From assembly GCA_003173895.1 (NCBI GenBank), contig PJMG01000022.1, forward strand, positions 3,454-67,453: a stretch of 64,000 bases of DNA. The letters are read 5' to 3'. This DNA is from Candidatus Levyibacteriota bacterium. Lineage in GTDB: Bacteria; Patescibacteriota; Microgenomatia; Levybacterales; UBA12049. Positions 58,087 through 64,000 of the stretch are shown here, in pieces. Numbering within the stretch: the stretch's first letter is position 1; the number at the start of each line of letters is the position of its first letter. The position numbers and the translations under genes were made by a program. The notes under the pieces are model-generated. The model was not told where the DNA came from. It ran no database searches and saw only the letters and a list, made by a program, of their open reading frames with translations.

Positions 58087-60033
58087 TTATTCAACCACTT
58101 CACCTTCTTGAGCATCTTTTTTATCCTCAGTTGTATTTGAATCAGTTTTTCCATCTTGTGGTGAGGTCGAACCATCTTCTTCTTTAGCTTCTACTTCTGG
58201 TTCTTGAGCAGATCCTGCTCCTGGTTGCTGTTGATTACCATATGCTGCTTGTCCAATTTTAGATAAACTATTAGATAAATCTTCAGTTTTAGCCTTTAAA
58301 TCTTCTGCAGAACCACTGTCTAGAATATTTCTTAAAGCTTTAATTTTATCTTCTACTTCTGTCTTAATATTTGGATCTAATTTATCTCCGGCATCTTTAA
58401 TGGCTTTTTCAGAAGTGAAAATTAGATTATCAGCTTGATTTCTAGCTTCTACTTTAGCTTTTTTCTCTTCATCTTCTTTAGCATTCATTTCTGCCTCTTT
58501 AGTCATTTTTTCTATCTCTTCTTTAGAAAGACCAGTAGAACCAGTTATTTTAATACTTTGTTCTTTACCTGAAGCTTTATCTTTAGCTTTTACACTTAAA
58601 ATTCCTGAAGCATCAATATCAAATGTTACTTCAACTTGTGGAACACCACGAGGAGCAGGTGGAATACCATCTAAGATAAATCGACCAAGTGATTTATTAT
58701 CTGCTGCCATAGGACGTTCTCCTTGAAGAACATTAATTTCCACTTGAGTTTGATTATCAGCAGCGGTGGAGAAAACTTGAGATTTACTAGTTGGAATAGT
58801 CGTATTTCTAGGAATTAAGGGGGTAGAAACTGACCCCATCGTTTCAATTCCTAAAGTTAATGGCGTAACATCAAGTAAAAGCACATCATTAACTTCTCCA
58901 GCTAATACACCGCCTTGGACAGCGGCACCTACTGCTACTACTTCATCCGGATTTACAGATTTATTAGGTTCCTTACCAAAGAAATTCTTAACTGTCTCTA
59001 TAATCTTTGGCATTCTGGTCATGCCACCAACCATAACTATCTCATTAACATCAGAAACTTTAATCTTTGCATCCTCGATAGCTTTCTTAACTGGACCTAA
59101 AGTTTGTTCTATAAGATCACCTACTAATTGTTCTAACTTAGCTCGTGTTAAGGTCATAGTTAGATGTAGTGGCCCATTGGGACCTTGAGTTATAAATGGT
59201 TGGTTAATTTGAGCCTCTTGAGAAGATGATAATTCTATCTTAGCTTTTTCAGCTGATTCTTTAAGTCGTTGTAATGCTTGAGGATCAGATCTTAAATCTA
59301 TATTATTTTCTTTCTTAAATTCATCGGCTATATAGCTAATAATTTTTTGATCAAAATCATCGCCACCTAAGTGAGTATCGCCATTGGTAGATTTAACTTC
59401 ATAAACTCCTTCTCCTAATTCGAGAATAGAAATATCAAAAGTTCCACCACCTAAATCATAAACTGCTATAGTGTGAGCATTTTTTTTATCTAAACCATAA
59501 GCTAAGGCTGCTGCAGTAGGCTCATTTATGATTCTTAGCACTTCTAATCCAGCTATTTCACCTGATTGTTTAGTAGCTTGACGTTGAGAATCATCAAAGT
59601 ATGCAGGTACTGTAATGACAGCTTGAGTTACTTTAGAACCTAAATAATTTTCTGCATCAGTTTTAATTTTTTGTAGAATCATAGCTGAGATTTCTTGAGG
59701 AGTATAAGTTTTTCCATCTACTTCTACTACAGCCATTCCGTCGCGGCCTGCTTTAATCGTATAAGGTAGTAGCTTCATATCGCGCTGTACAGATGGATCA
59801 TCAAATTTGCGACCCATAAGTCGTTTTATAGAATAAATGGTTTCTTTAGGTTTCAAAACCATTTGACGCTTTGCGATATCTCCTACTACATGCGTTTTAG
59901 GATCTGCTACTGATGGAATAACATTACGTCCCTCTGCTGAATGAATAACTTTAGGACTTCCACCTTCCATCACTGCTACACATGAATTTGTAGTTCCCAA
60001 ATCAATACCGATAATTTTATTAGTTGTTGCCAT
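58087..60033 (-). CDS. dnaK: Chaperone DnaK (Hsp70)
   Basis: [22 protein letters not shown] and the other Hsp70 signatures. 648 aa. Confidence 0.97.
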   Translation of the reverse strand: MATTNKIIGIDLGTTNSCVAVMEGGSPKVIHSAEGRNVIPSVADPKTHVVGDIAKRQMVLKPKETIYSIKRLMGRKFDDPSVQRDMKLLPYTIKAGRDGMAVVEVDGKTYTPQEISAMILQKIKTDAENYLGSKVTQAVITVPAYFDDSQRQATKQSGEIAGLEVLRIINEPTAAALAYGLDKKNAHTIAVYDLGGGTFDISILELGEGVYEVKSTNGDTHLGGDDFDQKIISYIADEFKKENNIDLRSDPQALQRLKESAEKAKIELSSSQEAQINQPFITQGPNGPLHLTMTLTRAKLEQLVGDLIEQTLGPVKKAIEDAKIKVSDVNEIVMVGGMTRMPKIIETVKNFFGKEPNKSVNPDEVVAVGAAVQGGVLAGEVNDVLLLDVTPLTLGIETMGSVSTPLIPRNTTIPTSKSQVFSTAADNQTQVEINVLQGERPMAADNKSLGRFILDGIPPAPRGVPQVEVTFDIDASGILSVKAKDKASGKEQSIKITGSTGLSKEEIEKMTKEAEMNAKEDEEKKAKVEARNQADNLIFTSEKAIKDAGDKLDPNIKTEVEDKIKALRNILDSGSAEDLKAKTEDLSNSLSKIGQAAYGNQQQPGAGSAQEPEVEAKEEDGSTSPQDGKTDSNTTEDKKDAQEGEVVE

Positions 60034-60039
60034 ATATTT

Positions 60040-60618
60040 TTATATAGATCCTTCGACTTCTGACATTTTGGCTTTGCCAACTGTCACTTGTGCTGGTCTT
60101 ATGTTTTCAAAACCTATTCTTAGTTCCTCTAATACAATCCCGTCTTCACCTTCTCTAGTAGTTACTGCTTCCATAGTTTCTGGATTAAATTTCTCACCAA
60201 CCGTTTTTATTTTTTTTAAACCTTCATCCTCAAATACTTTTATAAATTGATCTATCGTCATGTTGAGACCCGAATCATTAAAATGCTTTACAGCCAGAAT
60301 TAGTGTATCCAAAACAGGTAAAAGTTTCAAGATTAAATTTTGGTTTGCACTTTTTATTAAATTAATTCTTTCTTCCTGAGTTCTTCTTTGTAAATTTTGA
60401 TAATCTGCTAAAGCCCTTTTATACGATACTTCAAATCCATCTGCTAGATTTTTTAAATCTTCTAATTCTTTACCTAAGTCATTTTTTTCCTCTGACGCAA
60501 TCTCTTCTTCATTTACTTTTTCACTTTCATTATCAATAAGTTCCTGATCTTTATCATCTGTACCAATTTTTTCTGTTTTTTTATTATTTAAATTTTTATC
60601 ATCCATAAGAATTACCAA
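60040..60618 (-). CDS. grpE: Nucleotide exchange factor GrpE
   Basis: 192 aa. Acidic N-terminus, a long paired helix, and a C-terminal beta domain. Lies between hrcA and dnaK. Confidence 0.85.
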   Translation of the reverse strand: MVILMDDKNLNNKKTEKIGTDDKDQELIDNESEKVNEEEIASEEKNDLGKELEDLKNLADGFEVSYKRALADYQNLQRRTQEERINLIKSANQNLILKLLPVLDTLILAVKHFNDSGLNMTIDQFIKVFEDEGLKKIKTVGEKFNPETMEAVTTREGEDGIVLEELRIGFENIRPAQVTVGKAKMSEVEGSI

Positions 60619-61361
60619 CCTTTAGCAATCTCTTCTATTAAATCTCCAAAATAGCGAACTGTTGGAACTATAGAATTATAATTAAGTCTAGTTGGACCAA
60701 AAACTCCTATTTCACCTGTTAAATGAAGTGGTGTTTGGTATTTAGTAAATACAAATCCATAAGGACCTGAAAGTTCAGGAGCTAAATCTTCTTCGAGTAG
60801 AATATGCACATCTTCATCATTATTAATGTTATCGAATATACTATCAAAACCTTCAAATCTATCTAAAGCAGAAAGTAAATTTTCTGTTACTTCTATTTCA
60901 TAGAATTCTGGCATTTTTAAAATATTTGCATAACCAGCTGCGAAAATATCTCCCTGGTGAGTAGTAGCTATAGCTAAAGTTTTGGTTTTTTCAGCTAACG
61001 CTCTTACTATTTTTCTTAAACATGTTGCTTCAGACTCTCTAAAATCCCAAACTTGTTCTTTAAGTCTTACTTCATCGGCCACAGAAAGTTCTTTCTCTCG
61101 CATGAGTTGTTTAACATAAAATTTCATAGCTTTAGGAGTAGGAACACGACCCGCTGAGGTGTGAGGTTTTTTAAGATAACCTTTTTTTTCTAATGCAGCC
61201 ATTTCATTTCTTATAGTGGCTGGACTAGCAGCTAAATTATGTTTTTTTTCTAAAGTTTCAGATCCCACAGCATCAGCTATCTCAATATATTCCTCGATCA
61301 AACTTTTTAGAATTTGAACTTGTCTTTCTGTTAAATCGTTTATAGAAGTTTGAGCATCCAT
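60612..61361 (-). CDS. hrcA: Heat-inducible transcription repressor HrcA
   Basis: N-terminal wHTH (LTERQVQILKSLIEEYIEI...TIRNEMAALEKKGYLKKPHTSAGRVPT). Operon position. CIRCE lies upstream. Confidence 0.85.
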   Translation of the reverse strand: MDAQTSINDLTERQVQILKSLIEEYIEIADAVGSETLEKKHNLAASPATIRNEMAALEKKGYLKKPHTSAGRVPTPKAMKFYVKQLMREKELSVADEVRLKEQVWDFRESEATCLRKIVRALAEKTKTLAIATTHQGDIFAAGYANILKMPEFYEIEVTENLLSALDRFEGFDSIFDNINNDEDVHILLEEDLAPELSGPYGFVFTKYQTPLHLTGEIGVFGPTRLNYNSIVPTVRYFGDLIEEIAKGW

Positions 61362-61375
61362 ATAAATTTATGTAT

Positions 61376-61402
61376 TTAGCACTAAAATATCATGACTGCT
61401 AA
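61376..61402. promoter_or_regulatory. CIRCE operator (HrcA binding site)
   Basis: TTAGCACTA-AAATATCAT-GACTGCTAA compared with consensus TTAGCACTC-N9-GAGTGCTAA. Each arm matches in 8 of 9 positions, with a 9-nt spacer. It lies 15 nt upstream of hrcA. Confidence 0.8.
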
Positions 61403-61429
61403 GACTTGTCAATAACCTATAATTAACAG

Positions 61430-62176
61430 TTAGTTATTTTCTAATTGTTGGAGGGCTGCGCGGATATCTGCAAGTGTCTGGAAACTCCCTTGATCTAAAG
61501 CTAATATTTGTTCATCTGACATTAATCTTAAACTTTCTATAGTTAAATGATTCCGAAATAAAAAATTAAAAGTGTGTTGAGATATATATTTCTCTAATGG
61601 TTTTAGCAAATTACGCTCTTCTATATTTTGACGTCGAGATGCTTGTAGATTATTTTTATAAGTTATAATTCTTTTCTCTTCATCAGAATCAGGGAAATAT
61701 TTAATAATAAAATCTCTAAGTGGATCTAAATATAGATCACTAGTTTCAGTATAATTAAAACCCGAATATAAAGATTTTACTAAATCTACAAGAGTATTAT
61801 TAACTGTTGGATTTATTGTATTAGGAGAACCGTACCCAAATTGATTAGCTAAGTCTTTTGAAGATAGTGAAGTAGTATAATAGGCTTTTGTTAACTGTAA
61901 AAGTTTTAGCTTTTTCTCAGCTGCGGGAGTCAACGTGCTTTGATTTTGATTTAAATCATTAATTAGATCATCTAATACTAGCATAGTAACTGAAGTAAAT
62001 TCTTCACTATGTTCTTCTATAAATTCATTATCCGTATAATGCATGGCTGAAAATAGATCTATACATAAACCCAAAGGAGATCTTAAATGTCCTCTTGGTA
62101 TAGCTGAAGAATCTGGATTTACTTTTCCGCTTTGGTCTTGTTCACTCATAGCACATATTATAGTACAAGTCGTCAA
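61430..62176 (-). CDS. Hypothetical protein
   Basis: 248-aa ORF just upstream of CIRCE/hrcA with no recognisable motifs. The true start may be the internal MSEQDQ. Confidence 0.45.
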   Translation of the reverse strand: MTTCTIICAMSEQDQSGKVNPDSSAIPRGHLRSPLGLCIDLFSAMHYTDNEFIEEHSEEFTSVTMLVLDDLINDLNQNQSTLTPAAEKKLKLLQLTKAYYTTSLSSKDLANQFGYGSPNTINPTVNNTLVDLVKSLYSGFNYTETSDLYLDPLRDFIIKYFPDSDEEKRIITYKNNLQASRRQNIEERNLLKPLEKYISQHTFNFLFRNHLTIESLRLMSDEQILALDQGSFQTLADIRAALQQLENN

Positions 62177-62227
62177 ATTATTTTTCTTATTGTTTTTGAC
62201 TTATTTACTGTATAGAATTCAATTGTT

Positions 62228-62683
62228 ATGGATTTAAAACAATTAATAAAAGATTATTTAGAGAAAGCTAGACTTCTTCAAGTAGCTACCAGTCGTGATA
62301 ATCAACCATGGGTTTGTAATGTTTATTTTGCTTTTGATGAGAATTTAAATTTATTTTGGATTTCAACTCCACAAAGACGCCATTCTCAAGAAATAGAAAA
62401 TAATGAAAAAGTAGCAGGCACTATAGTTTTACCTCATACACCTGGAGATAAGGTACGAGGAATTCAATTCCAAGGAACAGCTAAAAAATTAACTCAGCCA
62501 GATGAAATGAAACACGCCATGAATATTTATGCTGCTAGAATGAGCACTAAAGAAGAAAGAGTACAAAATATTCTTTCAGGAAAAGATAACCATGTACCTT
62601 ACCAAATAAAACCAACTCTTTTTGTTTTATTTGATGAAGTCAATTTTCCTGATAGCCCTAGACAGGAATTTAAATTAGATTAA
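62228..62683 (+). CDS. Pyridoxamine 5'-phosphate oxidase-like FMN-binding split-barrel protein
   Basis: 151 aa. LLQVATSRDNQPWVCNVYFAFD is the PNPOx-like N-terminal strand pattern. Confidence 0.65.
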   Translation: MDLKQLIKDYLEKARLLQVATSRDNQPWVCNVYFAFDENLNLFWISTPQRRHSQEIENNEKVAGTIVLPHTPGDKVRGIQFQGTAKKLTQPDEMKHAMNIYAARMSTKEERVQNILSGKDNHVPYQIKPTLFVLFDEVNFPDSPRQEFKLD

Positions 62684-63134
62684 AATATTTTTTAGCTTCT
62701 TTTATATCTTTATTCATTTGATCAATTAATTCTTTCTCTAAACTAAACTTTTTATTATCACGAATTTTTTTAAGTAAATTAACTTCAATAGTTTGTCCAT
62801 AAATATTCTGATCAAACTCTAAAATATACGTTTCTGCTTTTATCTCTGTTTCGTTAAATGTTTTAGAAGCACCGATAAAAGTGACGGCCTTTTGGTTGTC
62901 CTTCTGAACTTGTCCTTCGATATACTCAGGACCATGAGCCTGTCGAATTGGTTTCAGGATCTCTTGAGAAGATTCCGGATCAAGTACGGAATGACAAATT
63001 TCAACAGTTGAAATATAAATTCCTTCAGGAATATTTTGATTCAATTTTATATTGGCCGTAGGAAAGCCTAATAATTTCCCTCTTTTTGCACCTGTTATAA
63101 CTTTACCTTTTATAGTAAAAAGTGGATTTTCCAT
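62670..63134 (-). CDS. Riboflavin kinase (monofunctional, RibF C-terminal-domain type)
   Basis: GKVITGAKRGKLLGFPTANI carries the riboflavin kinase motifs (GxG..G and PTAN). 154 aa. Confidence 0.8.
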   Translation of the reverse strand: MENPLFTIKGKVITGAKRGKLLGFPTANIKLNQNIPEGIYISTVEICHSVLDPESSQEILKPIRQAHGPEYIEGQVQKDNQKAVTFIGASKTFNETEIKAETYILEFDQNIYGQTIEVNLLKKIRDNKKFSLEKELIDQMNKDIKEAKKYFNLI

Positions 63135-63137
63135 AGG

Positions 63138-63731
63138 TTATAAATCTTCTTGATGAAGCATGGGTAAAACAGTAATAATATTACTCTCAATTTTTAAGGG
63201 TCTTATAGAACATTTTTTAAGATATTCTGGATTACCATGTTCACCCGGTTCTTCTATTTCATTAGTTAATGATTTATTTAAAATTCCTAAGTACAAACAC
63301 CATAAGGGATCTCCATGAGAACAAATAATTATATCTCTATTCTCTTTTAGCGCTATTTCGTTGAAAAAAGATATCATACGTTTTTGTATATCTTTAAAAC
63401 TCTCTCCTCCTAATTCTCTCCTGTGTAGAAAGAAATCTTTCCAATTTTGTTGATCTTCATACCACATCCCTTGATAAGCAGAAAATGTCTCAGCAAGTCT
63501 TAAATCATAAGAAATATTGATAGTATTTTCCCCAATTATTTCTGCTGTTTGTTTACACCTGAGTACTGGACTAGAGTAAATTTTACTAATATTTTTATTT
63601 CTAAAATATTCTCGTAATTTTTCTGCTTGTTTTATACCAACTTCAGACAATTCTACAGGTAGACGTTCAGGTAAAATATTATGTGGATTATTATATTCTC
63701 CATGGCGAACTAAATAAATCATTTTACTCAT
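63138..63731 (-). CDS. Histidine phosphatase family protein
   Basis: IYLVRHGE is the RHG motif. A later SHG also occurs. It is a paralog of the protein at 10356..10961. Confidence 0.75.
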   Translation of the reverse strand: MSKMIYLVRHGEYNNPHNILPERLPVELSEVGIKQAEKLREYFRNKNISKIYSSPVLRCKQTAEIIGENTINISYDLRLAETFSAYQGMWYEDQQNWKDFFLHRRELGGESFKDIQKRMISFFNEIALKENRDIIICSHGDPLWCLYLGILNKSLTNEIEEPGEHGNPEYLKKCSIRPLKIESNIITVLPMLHQEDL

Positions 63732-63735
63732 AATT

Positions 63736-64000
63736 CTAAATTATATTTTTCTCCTTTAAAAAATTTGACACTTGTTCATATAGTTTTTTATGACCATCAG
63801 AATTAGGATGTAAACCATCAATCAAATATCTTCTATAGCCACATTCTATCCAATTATTAAATATATTTGTAAATAAAATATTATTTTTTTTACAAAATAA
63901 ATCGATTTCATAATTAAAATTTTTAATACTATCATTTTTGTACGAAAATTCTGTTTTCCATGGGATAGGATTCACTAAATTTTCATCGACAGGCGTTAAA
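63736..64000 (-). CDS. SGNH/GDSL-hydrolase-like protein, C-terminal part. The gene continues past the window end.
   Basis: DGLHPNSDGHKK is the SGNH block V (DxxH). The reading frame stays open upstream of the track's GTG up to the window edge. Confidence 0.5.
   Translation of the reverse strand, partial: LTPVDENLVNPIPWKTEFSYKNDSIKNFNYEIDLFCKKNNILFTNIFNNWIECGYRRYLIDGLHPNSDGHKKLYEQVSNFLKEKNII

Noticed and set aside
809-62237. Remaining 60-95-aa antisense or alternative-frame ORFs. Coordinates: 809..1012, 4405..4653, 11294..11476, 13151..13342, 13168..13353, 15673..15903, 15834..16052, 16116..16298, 16518..16745, 17510..17779, 19250..19441, 27132..27350, 36804..37034, 38088..38297, 41854..42072, 48893..49105, 49914..50147, 54822..55046, 57588..57872, 58915..59100, 60068..60250, 62043..62237.
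   Set aside because: Each is fully nested in, or antisense to, a longer gene with a clear homology-based identity. None has motifs of its own.
1-64000. CRISPR arrays, IS elements, integrases, prophage genes, alternative genetic code (UGA recoding)
   Set aside because: There are no arrays of regularly spaced repeats and no transposase or integrase-like ORFs. All long ORFs are intact under the standard code, with UGA functioning as stop, as at the ATGA overlaps.

Overview
This is a low-GC (~30%) bacterial segment read in the standard genetic code. Gene content and style suggest a CPR/Patescibacteria-type genome. Genes are tightly packed, ribosomal protein L30 is absent between rpsE and rplO, and IF-2 and RNase Y are shortened forms.

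The minus strand carries the S10-spc ribosomal cluster from secY (partial at the window edge) through rplC. It also carries rpsJ, tuf, fusA, rpsG-rpsL and rpoC-rpoB. The usually contiguous rpsL-rpsG-fusA-tuf-rpsJ-rplC order is broken by four small inserted gene blocks.

Downstream lies a glycosyltransferase and surface-modification island. It includes a secreted protein with a Kelch-type propeller and a C39-like cysteine peptidase domain. Next come RmuC, an FNR-like oxidoreductase, and a UvrD-helicase/Fe-S RecB-nuclease fusion. An RNase P RNA gene (rnpB) is recognisable here; the ORF track shows only a spurious ORF at that position.

Further on are an AI-2E transporter, an ABC exporter, HU, RNase Y, recX-recA, tRNA-Pro(GGG), greA and nusA-infB. 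The heat-shock operon hrcA-grpE-dnaK-dnaJ follows, preceded by a CIRCE element. After it come a membrane-anchored two-ring Clp/Hsp100 ATPase, sugar-modifying enzymes and flavin-related enzymes.

The most unusual signals are listed here. First, a 107-nt tRNA-like element that overlaps a CDS end and is bracketed by a perfect 20-bp direct repeat. Second, a recurring hairpin plus U-tract sitting directly 5' of start codons (tuf, rplC, rpoB, the HAD gene). Third, a possible Shine-Dalgarno-sequestering RNA switch upstream of the PIG-L deacetylase gene. I found no CRISPR array, IS element or integrase.
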